A stretch of 52,717 nucleotides of DNA from Candidatus Aenigmatarchaeota archaeon. GTDB taxonomy: Archaea > Aenigmatarchaeota > Aenigmatarchaeia > JACPZZ01. Under the pieces are notes generated by a model. That model had not been told where the DNA came from. It searched no databases and saw only the letters and a list, made by a program, of their open reading frames with translations. How positions within the stretch are numbered: the stretch's first letter is position 1; every line of letters starts with the position of its first letter. This document shows positions 1 through 10,500 of this stretch, piece after piece. A program made the position numbers and the translations under genes. The stretch covers positions 1 to 52,717 of the forward strand of contig JACPZZ010000023.1 in assembly GCA_016195275.1 (NCBI GenBank), written 5' to 3'.

Positions 1-134
1 CAGATTAGCAGGCTGAACTTTGAAAATCATCAGATTTTCAAGGCAAGAAAACCTGAAGGTTTTCTATGCGTCATCCAGCCAATCGTAGCGGCAGAAATGC
101 CAGTTACAAACCCACACTCTTTAGAGGTGGGTAG

Positions 135-566
135 ATGACGGTTGTGCTTGACGCAGTTATAATAACCAAGATATTTCTTTCAGCGGCAATAGGGATTCTT
201 GTCGGTCTGGAGAGAAGCTTAAGCAGGAACCCTGCCGGCACAAGGACGCACGCACTCGTGTGCATGGGCAGTTGTCTGTTCACGATCATAAGCTTGGATT
301 TAGGAAGCCCGACAGAGTTCGCGCGCGTGCTTCCCGGTATAGTAACAGGCATAGGGTTTATAGGCGGGGGCATAATTTACCAGTCCAGGCAGGGCGGGAA
401 ACGCGGTTTGACAACAGCCGCTGACATATGGAGCATGGCAGCCGTAGGAATTCTTGTGGGCATGGGCAGCTATGGCGTAGCATTAGTCGCGGCTCTTGTG
501 ATACTTTTTATTCTCAGGCCTTTGAAACTCTTGGAAAAAAAGCTTGGCATAAAAACCGCTTTGTAA
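135..566 (+). CDS. MgtC/SapB-family integral membrane protein
   Basis: 143-aa ORF with 4-5 hydrophobic helices. Stretches GLERSLSRNPAGTRTHALV, VTGIGFIGGGII and LTTAADIWSMAAVGILVG are typical of the MgtC N-terminal domain. Confidence 0.8.
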   Translation: MTVVLDAVIITKIFLSAAIGILVGLERSLSRNPAGTRTHALVCMGSCLFTIISLDLGSPTEFARVLPGIVTGIGFIGGGIIYQSRQGGKRGLTTAADIWSMAAVGILVGMGSYGVALVAALVILFILRPLKLLEKKLGIKTAL

Positions 567-917
567 TCATCTTTGCTCGGCCGATTTTGAGACAACCCAC
601 GTCACAGCAACCGCTATTATTGTGACAACCGTCGCAGCCACCATCATGTACGGCCATCCGCCATCTTTCGGTATGTAGGACGTTATCATCGCCTTTATCG
701 CGTCGTTCCAAAACAACGCTGCAGTCAGCGAGAACGCCGTTGTCATAAAGGCCAGCATCTGTTTTCTGGCTTCGCTCATAGGACCTTTGAAAAACTTGCT
801 GACAGGCATGTTTTTTATCTTATCGATCAAAAGCTGGTGCGGAATCGGATTGACAAGCCTTCTCTGTATTTTTCCTGTTAAACTGTCCTTGTATACATAG
901 TAAGATTTCTTCGCCAC
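567..917 (-). CDS. small membrane protein (DUF5654-like), function unknown
   Basis: 116-aa ORF with a GTG start. Two hydrophobic helices (FMTTAFSLTAALFWNDAI and MMVAATVVTIIAVAVTWVV). The start codon is uncertain. Confidence 0.5.
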   Translation of the reverse strand: MAKKSYYVYKDSLTGKIQRRLVNPIPHQLLIDKIKNMPVSKFFKGPMSEARKQMLAFMTTAFSLTAALFWNDAIKAMITSYIPKDGGWPYMMVAATVVTIIAVAVTWVVSKSAEQR

Positions 918-963
918 GGCGACACCGATAACAATAGTGTGGCCGGGTAAATTAATATTTGCG

Positions 964-3900
964 TCAGCGTGGAGTGTACTCGTTTTTCTTGCCCGAAACC
1001 TTTTCGATTAATTCCTTTATCTTACCGTACAGTTCCCGGATAAGGTCTTCTATCTTTTTCAGCCTCTGCTTAACCCTGCCAGCAGGCCCGGCCTGTTCAG
1101 GTATTGTGTAGCCCTTGGAAGGAGAATAACCGGGTTCCGGCAGGAACATGTAAACCAGCAGCCCGACAAGGATTGCGCCCGCAACCACGCCCGCAACAGT
1201 CAGCACGTTTCCTAGCCTGCTGGAACCCTGCCGGGTTTCAACTGTCCTTATCAGGGTCTCGGCCGCGTCAATCAGGGATTTCGCCTGGAGCGCCAACTCG
1301 TTTGCCTTTACGTAATCGCCCTTTGAAATGTAATTCTCGGCCTGCGAAAGCAGCGAGACAGCCGCGTTTATCTTTTCCTCGGCAAGTTTTAATTCCGTAT
1401 TGTTGGGCGAAGCAAACATGCTGTTGTTTAACCTGCCTGCCAGCGCCTGCAGCGAATTTGTATAATTCAGCAGCGTCGCGTTTATTTCCAGTTTCGTCGC
1501 CTCTGTCGGCAATACCACAATGTAGAAATATTCTATTGTCAATTCTTCGTCGGAAGAAACGGAATATCTTGCGGTGTAATTCTTTACAACAACATTTGAC
1601 GGAACGCTGAACTTGGCGCTGAAATCAAAAGCCTGCCCCGCTATTATCGTGGCGTTTGCGGGCGTCACACTCCACCAGGAATTGTCAAGGTCTTTTACCG
1701 CAAGCGACATCTTGCCGTCGAAAGAGCCGCTGTTGCGTACGGTCACTGTTGTTGTGTTCGAGTTTCCTTGCAGCATATAAATCGATTTGGTATAGGCCGG
1801 AATCGTCGCGTTGTAGCCTGTAACATCAAACGTTTTTGTGGTAGAAGCTCCGGTGTAAGTGTCCTTTGTAGCAAGCGCAGCCACCTTGAACGTTCCTATT
1901 ACGCCAGCCGCAGGCGTGTACGAATCGGAGCATTTGCCCGACGTCGTGGTGCAGGACGAATCCCAGACTTTGGCGCCTTTCGGGTCGGTTATGTTAAATT
2001 TCACCGTAACTCCGCCGATATTGGAACCGCCGCTCGTTGCTGTAAAGTTGATTGTGACAGGCGACGCTTTGAAATATGTTTGTTTGTCCGTTGTTATTGC
2101 CAGGGAAAGCGCGCTGGATCCCCCGCCGCCAATTACTCCGGTATTGCCTGACGATATTGCTACGCCTTTGTACGCGTATATCAATGTGTCGTTTAACACC
2201 CACACACCAGGCGGGCCTAGCCCCTTTATCGTTGCAGTGCACGTGGCGTTCGAGCCTATCGTCACTTTCCATGTGGCCGAGCTGTTTGTGTAACTGCGGA
2301 ATCCGGAAAGGTTTCCGATATTGTAATTCCCTGTATAGCCGCTGGCCACCCCTGTGCATGAGCCCGACAACGACAGTTCAAGCGTGACGTTAAACAGCGC
2401 CCCGCCGCCCACGTTGGTGACATTGACAAAAACGCTCCTGTCACCTGTGTTGAAGAATTCGTCGTTGTCGTGCGTGCCGTTGTAGACGTCTATAACAAGG
2501 GCGCTGCTGTTCACGTAGAGATAGTCGAGCCTTGCGGTTCCGCTGTTCCTTGTGCCTGATCCCTTGTCAACAACAGTCGCATAGACAGAGTAATTGCCGC
2601 CTGCTATGGTCGACGGTATAGATATATTAACCACATAGCTGTTTTCCGCTGGCACGGCCTGCATAACCCTGGTGATATTGACGTCTGTGAAATTGTGCGT
2701 GTAGTTGGACCCCTCGTAGGGGAATTCGTTTTGCAACCACACAGTGAAATTAGTCGCATTGAGCCCGCTTACAAAGCTGTTGTTCTGGTACGTCACGTTT
2801 ACAGTAACATTGACAAACACGGGATCGCTGCTCGCAAGGTGTGTGTAATTCACGGTCTTGTTTATCGGGTTTATCCACACACCCTTGTCTGTCTGGTTCG
2901 CTATATTATGTACTATAACGTTCAGTTTATCGGTAAGGTTCAGCGTGATGTTAATCAGGAATTCCGAATACGGGTGCGCGTTGCTTGCGTTCAGCTTTAT
3001 CCAGCCGTAATAGACCGATTCTCCGGCCGACGTTGTCGATGTTGTAACGTTTAATCTTATTCTAAGCAGTGTTGAATTCTTTGTCGTGACAGGGCTTTCA
3101 AACGAATAATTGAACCCGGCCGAATTGGTGGACGAATCGTTCAGCCAGCTTGAGTTCGTGTGATTTAGCGTGAGCGCAAAACTTCCGGTGTTGTTTACGG
3201 TAAGAAGGTAGTCCAGGAATTTGCTGGTTCCGACATTATCCGCAATGTATATAAGTATCTTTGAGAGGCTGTTGTTAACCGTAAGCGTGGGCGCCGTGAC
3301 ATTGATCCCGAACGGCACGATCATGTAATGGCCTGTGTCTGCGCGGAACGTAATAGTTCCGTTGTAAATTCCGTCCGTCGACAAAGACGGGACGCTTACG
3401 TTGAAGTCTATGGTAGCGTTGCTTTGTGTACTATTAAAAACATACTGCCTTGTGTTATTTCCGAACGAGCTGCTCAGCCAGCTGTTGCCAAGGTTTATTT
3501 TTATCGTGAGGTTATAGTAAACCAGCGCACCCCCTTTCACGGAAACATACCAGCTTTTATTGAACTCGTTTATGTTTACGACAGATCTTGAAAATATCCT
3601 GTTGAAACCAAGGCCAGTGACATTGAACATGTCTGTGCGTTTGCTCTGGTTCGATACGGAAACGTCGGACGAGTTGTACACGGTAAGGTTGAAGTCGGCG
3701 GATATGTTGTTCCATTCAAGCGTTGCATCGATAGAAACGTAATTGCTGGGTATAAGTATCGTGATGTTCGTGGAGTTTTGCATATTCACATAGCGTTCAA
3801 ACTTTGAAATGGTTTCCGTTTCCGTAACGGTTGTGAAGTTTATGCGGTTCGTGTTATTCAGCACGAATATTATGCTCGTGGGCAGTGCGGCGTCAGGCGA

Positions 3901-4728
3901 CGCGTTGACCGCATAGTGCAGGAATTGCAGCGACGAGTTTAACGAAGAGAACTCGACAATGCCGTTGTAAGGGATATACTGCGACACGTTTGTGATGTTG
4001 TAAAACACCTTTAGCTCGTAAATGCCGTTGTACGCCGGAAACCCGTAAAACAGCGTCCTGTTGTTGGAAGAGTTTGTGTTGTTAAACGCAACCAAATTGC
4101 CGCTTTCGAAAAGCAAAAGGTCCAGGCGGCTGTCGTTGACGTTCACATAAATGCCGCTCATGTTAGACGCGTTCATGTAGTAGAAATCGACCGCATTGAG
4201 GTTGCTTATGTTTCCGAAGAAATTATTGGACCTGGAAAACGTGAAATTTGTTGTCAAAGGTATGTCCAGCCTTATCGTAAGGTTGTTTATATTGACGGCC
4301 GGGTTTGTATTGTTGGATATTGTCATGTTCCCGGTATAACGCCCGGGCCTGAGGAGCGAAGCGTTGAACCTTACCGTGAAATTCACAAAAGAATTCCTGC
4401 TTACGTTTATGTGGTTGGCCGTAGGCGTGTTGTTGGAAATTATGATTTCCGCAAAATCGCCCGCCGATGTCCGTATCATGGAATTGTTCGTTGCGTTCAA
4501 CAGTATCCATGCCCCGCCAGATGTGGTTAGGTTCAGGTATCCCAGACTAACGTTGAACGCGTACGGGTCTACCCAGTCCAACTGGGTCCAGTTGGCGAAA
4601 TACGCCTCTGCGGTTACGTTAAACTCCTGCGCCGGGGAACTCCACACATAACCGCTGCCGTAAAAAACCATTGCCGCCAGCATTACAGACAGGGCTGCGT
4701 AAGGCAGAAGCCTTCTCATCAGGTTCAT
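964..4728 (-). CDS. giant secreted surface (S-layer-like) glycoprotein with C-terminal membrane anchor
   Basis: 1254-aa ORF. It has an N-terminal signal-like helix (LLPYAALSVMLAAMVFYG). I counted 21 N-x-S/T sequons in the first ~230 residues. A C-terminal coiled coil precedes the TM helix VLTVAGVVAGAILVGLLVYMF and a charged tail. Confidence 0.75.
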   Translation of the reverse strand: MNLMRRLLPYAALSVMLAAMVFYGSGYVWSSPAQEFNVTAEAYFANWTQLDWVDPYAFNVSLGYLNLTTSGGAWILLNATNNSMIRTSAGDFAEIIISNNTPTANHINVSRNSFVNFTVRFNASLLRPGRYTGNMTISNNTNPAVNINNLTIRLDIPLTTNFTFSRSNNFFGNISNLNAVDFYYMNASNMSGIYVNVNDSRLDLLLFESGNLVAFNNTNSSNNRTLFYGFPAYNGIYELKVFYNITNVSQYIPYNGIVEFSSLNSSLQFLHYAVNASPDAALPTSIIFVLNNTNRINFTTVTETETISKFERYVNMQNSTNITILIPSNYVSIDATLEWNNISADFNLTVYNSSDVSVSNQSKRTDMFNVTGLGFNRIFSRSVVNINEFNKSWYVSVKGGALVYYNLTIKINLGNSWLSSSFGNNTRQYVFNSTQSNATIDFNVSVPSLSTDGIYNGTITFRADTGHYMIVPFGINVTAPTLTVNNSLSKILIYIADNVGTSKFLDYLLTVNNTGSFALTLNHTNSSWLNDSSTNSAGFNYSFESPVTTKNSTLLRIRLNVTTSTTSAGESVYYGWIKLNASNAHPYSEFLINITLNLTDKLNVIVHNIANQTDKGVWINPINKTVNYTHLASSDPVFVNVTVNVTYQNNSFVSGLNATNFTVWLQNEFPYEGSNYTHNFTDVNITRVMQAVPAENSYVVNISIPSTIAGGNYSVYATVVDKGSGTRNSGTARLDYLYVNSSALVIDVYNGTHDNDEFFNTGDRSVFVNVTNVGGGALFNVTLELSLSGSCTGVASGYTGNYNIGNLSGFRSYTNSSATWKVTIGSNATCTATIKGLGPPGVWVLNDTLIYAYKGVAISSGNTGVIGGGGSSALSLAITTDKQTYFKASPVTINFTATSGGSNIGGVTVKFNITDPKGAKVWDSSCTTTSGKCSDSYTPAAGVIGTFKVAALATKDTYTGASTTKTFDVTGYNATIPAYTKSIYMLQGNSNTTTVTVRNSGSFDGKMSLAVKDLDNSWWSVTPANATIIAGQAFDFSAKFSVPSNVVVKNYTARYSVSSDEELTIEYFYIVVLPTEATKLEINATLLNYTNSLQALAGRLNNSMFASPNNTELKLAEEKINAAVSLLSQAENYISKGDYVKANELALQAKSLIDAAETLIRTVETRQGSSRLGNVLTVAGVVAGAILVGLLVYMFLPEPGYSPSKGYTIPEQAGPAGRVKQRLKKIEDLIRELYGKIKELIEKVSGKKNEYTPR

Positions 4729-4752
4729 TGATTTAGAATTTGCCCTTTTGCG

Positions 4753-4765
4753 ATATATAATATAT
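4753..4765 (-). promoter_or_regulatory. TATA-like element upstream of the surface-protein gene
   Basis: The run atatataatatat lies 25-37 nt upstream of the ATG at 4728. This spacing fits an archaeal TATA box with a short leader. Confidence 0.35.
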
Positions 4766-4790
4766 GCGCCTGCCTACAAAGACAGCCAAT

Positions 4791-4919
4791 CGGATCCGGC
4801 GGGATTTGAACCCGCGACCTTCAACTTTCTCCATCCCCTTTTGGTAAGCTTTTCCTAAAAGCTTGTTCTAAAAAGCTCGTTAGGAGGCTGCCGCTCTGTC
4901 CAGGCTGAGCTACGGACCC
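4791..4919 (-). tRNA. tRNA-Arg(CCU) with 54-nt intron at the canonical 37/38 position
   Basis: Hand fold: acceptor GGGTCCG/CGGATCC, D arm GCTC-AGCCTGGACA-GAGC, anticodon arm GCAGC-CTCCTA[intron]A-GTTGA (27:43 is a G.A mismatch), T arm GCGGG-TTCAAAT-CCCGC. The intron maps to about 4827-4880. No encoded CCA. Confidence 0.8.
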
Positions 4920-4976
4920 GTTTAATTGGATTAGCATCCAAAGATATGAGTCAATTAAAGCAGCGTAATTAAAATA

Positions 4977-5501
4977 TTAACAGGAAAACTCCTTCGTGGC
5001 GGTTATCTGGTTGAGCTGGCTGACGCAATAAGTCTTGTTTTCCTGTATGTAATAATACTTCAACGAATCATCCTCCAAAACATACCTTCTGAGGCAGCAT
5101 ATGGTTACGGCAAGGTTATTGGAAAGCCCGCGAAGTTCCGCGACCTCTTTTTGAAGGATTGCAACACTGTTAATGTACGTAGTTATGTTGCTTTCCCTGA
5201 CAGCCGTTTCGCCGGCCAGCCTGGAGTTTTCTGTTTTTTTGACCTCAAGGTCTGTGCGGCAGGAATTGAACAACTCTGCGGTGCGGTTCAATGTTACTGT
5301 GCATTCCGCGGTGTTTTTCTCAAGGTTTTCTATCACGGCTTTGGTATACGTGGAATTTGCCGCGGCTTCCTGCACCTTTATCAGCGATGTCGTAAAGCCT
5401 GTCACACCCCTGCCTACAAGCACGACAAGGCCCACAAGGAAAACGATTATCAATATATGGGACACGGGCACGAACTGTTTTTTGCCCAGACGTTCAAGCA
5501 T
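4977..5501 (-). CDS. membrane-anchored coiled-coil protein, function unknown
   Basis: 174-aa ORF with an ATG start. One N-terminal TM helix (ILIIVFLVGLVVLVG), then a heptad-like extracellular region with several sequons and cysteines. Confidence 0.5.
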   Translation of the reverse strand: MLERLGKKQFVPVSHILIIVFLVGLVVLVGRGVTGFTTSLIKVQEAAANSTYTKAVIENLEKNTAECTVTLNRTAELFNSCRTDLEVKKTENSRLAGETAVRESNITTYINSVAILQKEVAELRGLSNNLAVTICCLRRYVLEDDSLKYYYIQENKTYCVSQLNQITATKEFSC

Positions 5502-5600
5502 AATATTATCTGGTCGGAAAGTTTAAAATAGTAGCCCGGAAGTCCCTTTCGCAAGACGGGTGGTGACAGCGAACCGTACAGGAACGCCATAATTCGTTGA

Positions 5601-7400
5601 TCAGGCATAGCATTTTATTTTTCTGCGGTTTACAACAGCCCTCACAAGGGAAGAGCCCACATCGGAATCTTTTGAAACCTTGATCGCATCCTTGGCCCCG
5701 ACCGTAGCCGAGAACAAAAACTCGTCTTCAACGTAAACAGACACCACCCTGCCTGATATTCTGGCATCAAAGCCGATATTTACGTAAGCGCCGGATTCGG
5801 AGATGGTGTGCGACACCAATTTACCCAGGCTCTTAGCAAGAGGTTCTACATCTATGGATATGCCGAGTTTTCTTTCCAGCTCGTTCACAGTCTTGCCTTC
5901 CTTGCCTATTACGCGCGCGATCAGTTCGTTATCAACGCGCACAACCGCTTTGTTGTCGCTTATTATTTCAACATCCGCCTGCGGATCGAATTTTCTTATT
6001 TCCTGCAATATGCGCTCGCCTGCAAGCTTTCTAACAGGATGTTCTGTTTTTGCATCGGCCACAGGAACAACCACATTCTCCTCGCCGTACGTGTATATTT
6101 CGTATTCGCATTTGCCGGTTTCAAAATCGCGCACTTCTATCAGCGGCCTCGCAAGGTCGGCTTCGGTCATGCCCGACGGAACACGAACAATGAGGCCAAG
6201 TTCATAAACCTTCTGTACGGAGCCGCCCTTGAGGAAGATTATAGTGTCCAACACGCTCGTTATCATGCCCATTTCTATCCTGCCGATAAACCTTTGTATG
6301 GAATCTATTGCAGCCGAGGCATGGACAACGCCTACCATGCCGACGCCGGCCATGCGCATGTCAGCGAAAACCTCAAAATCTTTTGTCTTGCGCACTTCGT
6401 CGTAAACAGTGTAATCCGGCCTGACCAGAAGCAATATGTCAGCGGTTTTTTCTATGCTGCCGTCCAGCGGGCCGTACTGTGTTATCTCCGGCGGAACTTG
6501 CAAGTCCCTCGGATTTTCTATAGTCTTGACTATTTTATCCAGGGAAAGGTAAAATTCCGCCACGGATGCGGCGAATGTCGACTTGCCGGAGCCCGGAGGC
6601 CCGCAGATTATAATTCCCTCGGCCCGCTGTTTCAGGCGGTCCATTAGTTTGTCGGAAAGCTTGTAATCGGCTAGAACCAGTTTTGTTATCGGGCGCACTG
6701 CGGTTAACTCAAGCCCGTCGCTGAACGGCTTCCTGGCAATCGCAATGCGGTATTTGTCAAATTGTATAACAGTGGCGCCATGCGACCCCATTTCAATAAA
6801 CGCGTTTTTTTCGTGCCTGACCCTGTCCATTATTTCTTTTATCAGTGTTTCTATCTCCTCTTCTTTCATAGCCGTGTCGCGTATGCGGGCAAGTTTGACC
6901 TCGCCCGGCTTGCCTTTCTTGGCCATCGGTAAAACATCAACTTTCAGGTGGACTGAAGACGTGTTTTCATCGAAAAAATCCTCGAGTTTTATGGGCAACG
7001 TAGAACGCGTCTGCTGTATGTAAAGCACAGAAACCCCCTCCGCCTCTGCGACCAGGGCCTGCACATAGTCCGCTGTGATCAGTGTCGCTGCGTTCTCGCG
7101 TGCGATATCGCGTATTAGCGCGTCTAACCGCCCCTTTTTAGCCAGCATTATCTCTTCCATTGTAGGCCTTCGCCCAGTGAAAATAAGTTTTACCTTCTTA
7201 CCCAGCTCACCTAAAGCGCGGACTTTTTTTAACTCTTCCAGGCCCTGGAATCCGATGTCCCTTCCGCGCGAGGCCTGGGCCTGCAGCTCATCGATAACAG
7301 TCACAGGCACTATAATTTCGCCTTCGACTTTATCGCTTTCAACAAGCCCGGTTAACTTTCCATTGATCAGAACAGAGGTATCTGGCACCCATTTCTTCAT
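5601..7400 (-). CDS. PIN-domain / PilT-like ATPase / KH-domain protein (COG1855-type)
   Basis: 599 aa. N-terminal PIN signature VPDTSVLI, Walker A GPPGSGKST, and a C-terminal KH GxxG motif (VIGKEGKTVNELERKLG). Confidence 0.8.
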   Translation of the reverse strand: MKKWVPDTSVLINGKLTGLVESDKVEGEIIVPVTVIDELQAQASRGRDIGFQGLEELKKVRALGELGKKVKLIFTGRRPTMEEIMLAKKGRLDALIRDIARENAATLITADYVQALVAEAEGVSVLYIQQTRSTLPIKLEDFFDENTSSVHLKVDVLPMAKKGKPGEVKLARIRDTAMKEEEIETLIKEIMDRVRHEKNAFIEMGSHGATVIQFDKYRIAIARKPFSDGLELTAVRPITKLVLADYKLSDKLMDRLKQRAEGIIICGPPGSGKSTFAASVAEFYLSLDKIVKTIENPRDLQVPPEITQYGPLDGSIEKTADILLLVRPDYTVYDEVRKTKDFEVFADMRMAGVGMVGVVHASAAIDSIQRFIGRIEMGMITSVLDTIIFLKGGSVQKVYELGLIVRVPSGMTEADLARPLIEVRDFETGKCEYEIYTYGEENVVVPVADAKTEHPVRKLAGERILQEIRKFDPQADVEIISDNKAVVRVDNELIARVIGKEGKTVNELERKLGISIDVEPLAKSLGKLVSHTISESGAYVNIGFDARISGRVVSVYVEDEFLFSATVGAKDAIKVSKDSDVGSSLVRAVVNRRKIKCYA

Positions 7401-7563
7401 AATTATCAGTAAGTCATGTCTTTCGCGATATTTATATTTTGTAAACGAACTAATCTCGGTTCGGATGAGTTCTATTATCTGTTAAACGCGGCTTCTTTAC
7501 TTGCTCATGCAGGCAATTTTTAAACTTTGGCAGTCTATCTTTCGTTAGCTTGTGGTGCTGGAA

Positions 7564-10500
7564 ATGAAAAGTGGACCTTACAAACCGCTGGAGCTGGAAA
7601 AGCAGGCAGCAGAGTTCTGGGATGACTCCGGAATATTCAAAAAATACATGGTTAATCGCAAAGGCGGTAAGAAATATTATTTCCTGGACGGCCCGCCGTA
7701 TGCAACAGGCTCTATCCATCTCGGGACGGCCATGAACAAAATATTGAAGGATTTTTTCATACGGTTTTTCAGCATGTCCGGTTATGACGTATCGATGCAG
7801 CCGGGCTACGACACGCACGGCCTGCCGATAGAGAATAAGATAGAAAAACAGCTTAACTTTCGCTCGAAAGCGGACATAGAAAAATTCGGCATAGAAAATT
7901 TCAACGTGGAATGCAGGAGGTTTGCCACAAAATTCATAGAAACAATGAACGGCCAGTTCAAAAACCTCGGCGTCTGGATGGACTGGGATAATCCGTACTT
8001 AACGCTGGACAAAAGCTACATAGAAGGCGCTTGGTACACTTTCAAAAAGGGCTTCGAGAACGGTTTGTTATACAAGGGAAATTACCCGGTCCATGTATGT
8101 TCGCATTGCGTTGACCCGGATTCTACAATACTTGTTGAAAATGGCACCAGAAAGATCAAAGAGCTGGAAAAATGCTGGCAGCACAACAATGTAGTATCGT
8201 TTGACACTGATTCAAAAAAATTGTGCATCACCAAGCCTTTAGGTTATATGAGGCACAAAGAAGATGCGTTCGTCCTGAGAACCGAGTTGGGAAAGAAGAT
8301 AATAGCGTCCAATGACCATCCATTCTGGACAAAAAACGGCTGGCTTCCTATGTCGTCGCTTAAAACCGGGACAGAAGTCGCAACTTATAACAGTGTAGAA
8401 AGCAGGCTGCCGCTCATTGAAGAGAAAGGGAAATCGCTGGTCAATCGGGGCAGAATTAGAGACGTTATCGAAGGCCTTGAAACTTCAGGAAAGGGTGCAA
8501 ATTTCAATGATTTGAAAAGCAGTTCAAGGATAGAAATCAAAGAGTATGTGCGCGAACTAAGGAAAAAAGGGTTTTCATACCGCCAGATTATAAAATGCGC
8601 AACCAATAAATTCAGAACCAAAGTTTCTAAATCGTGGGTTTCAAAGATTATAAAAACCGAAACGTCTACAAGGTATGATTTGATAATCAAAGACCTGGAG
8701 CAGCGAAGTCTTTTACCGCTTTATAGCAAAAACGCAAAAGCTTTTGTCCTTGCCAGGCTGGCCGGCCACATGTTCGGGGACGGATCGATAATAGCTAAGC
8801 GCAGCCCAAAAAGGAAATTTCCTATTTTTACCCTCGTATTTACAGGAAAAGAGGAGGATATGAAAGAAATACAAAAAGATTTAGATGCGTTGGGATACAA
8901 TTATACACCGATAACCACGGTAAGAACCAGATCCAGAATAAACGGAAGATTAGTTGACGGGTTTACTACATCGATGAGATGCTATGCGCATTCCTTGGCC
9001 GTTTTGCTGGTTTGTTTGGGAGCTCCCACAGGAAGAAAGTCCGAGTGCATCGCCAGTATACCAAGGTGGGTATATGATAACAAAAAACTGGCCAGAGAGT
9101 TTTTAGCCTCGTACTTTGGGAGCGAGTTGGATATTGTGAAACCTAGAAGATACGAAAAGGGCTTCGAAGTCCTCCGGCTGCATATGCACAAGGATATAAA
9201 ACTTAAATCAAATGGGATCAAATTTGCAAAAGCCATATGCGAGCTTGTAGGAAGCTTCGGAATAAGCACAGGCAAACTTGTTGTCAAAGATATGACAGTT
9301 AATGATAAGAGCAAATCCAAGATCACGATAAGCATAGATTGCAACGATGATAATATTATTAGATTTTTAAAATCGTTAGGATACGAATACTGCAAAGAAC
9401 GCAAAACCAGAGCATCTCATGCCTTGGGCTATCTGTACTACAAAAAGAGAAAAGAAAGAGAGATGGAAAAAATTAAGAACCGTATTATAGAGTTGAGGAA
9501 ACGCAATTTCAAGCCTGATAAAATCGCGGCTAGATTGAAAGTGCCGGAATTTTACGTAAGGCATGTTCTTTACGGAAAATCAAAACACACGCGGCCATCT
9601 AAATACATACCAGTATTCGGCAGGTGGCTAAGCGATGCATCAAAAAATTTAAAAGACGGTATGGTATGGGATATTGTAGAGAAAATAAAATACTTGGGAA
9701 AACGCGAGGTCTGTGATATAGCGGTTGAAACCCATCACAACTTCATAGTCAACGGTTTTCTGGCTCACAACTGTGAAACAGCGGTCTCGTTCAACGAAAT
9801 AGAGCACAAGGAAGTGCAGGATAGTTCCATATACGTAAAGTTCAGGATAAAAAACAGCAACGACAGCCTTTTAATTTGGACAACAACGCCATGGACGCTT
9901 CCTTCGAACACGGGAATAATGACCAACCCGGATTACGAATACGTTCGGGTGAAAACCAGCAAAGACATTCTGATAATGGCAAAGGATCTTGCTGAAAAAG
10001 TCATGCTTGCCGGCAAGGCGGAATATTTCGAAATCATAGGCACGCTCAAAGGCAGCCAGTTAATCGGAACAGAATACGAAAATCCGTTAAAAGACCTTCC
10101 GCTGCAAAAGAACATCGTGGGTAAAGTCGTCCCGTCAGAACAATATGTCACGCTTGAAGAAGGCACAGGGCTGGTACACGTGGCGCCTGGGCACGGCAGG
10201 GAAGATTATCTCGTGGGCATTAAGCACAACCTTCCTGTCCTGTCGCCGTTAACAATGGGTGGCACGTTCAAGGCCGAAGCCGGCTGGCTTGAAGGCAAGT
10301 TTGTGAAAGACGCGGAAAAGGAGATAATTGAGAAACTCAGGGAAAAAAACGCATTGTTTGCAGCCGAAATTATAACACATGAATACCCGAAATGCTGGCG
10401 CTGCGACTCAAGCCTTTTGTTCATAGCGGTCCCGCAATGGTTTTTCAGGGTAAGCGCGATCCGCGAAAAGTTGGTAGAGGAGAACGAAAAAGTCAGCTGG

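Noticed and set aside
1104-2293. Long plus-strand ORFs (1104-1610, 1768-2151, 1859-2293) inside the surface-protein gene
   Set aside because: They lie entirely antisense to a 1254-aa ORF with coherent signal, sequon and anchor architecture. Their products are Arg/Pro/Cys-rich and of low complexity, as expected from the reverse complement of an Asn/Thr/Val-rich gene.
5808-6647. 279-aa plus-strand ORF
   Set aside because: It is antisense within the PIN-ATPase-KH gene, which has a Walker A motif and KH motifs. The antisense product has no motif and a skewed composition.
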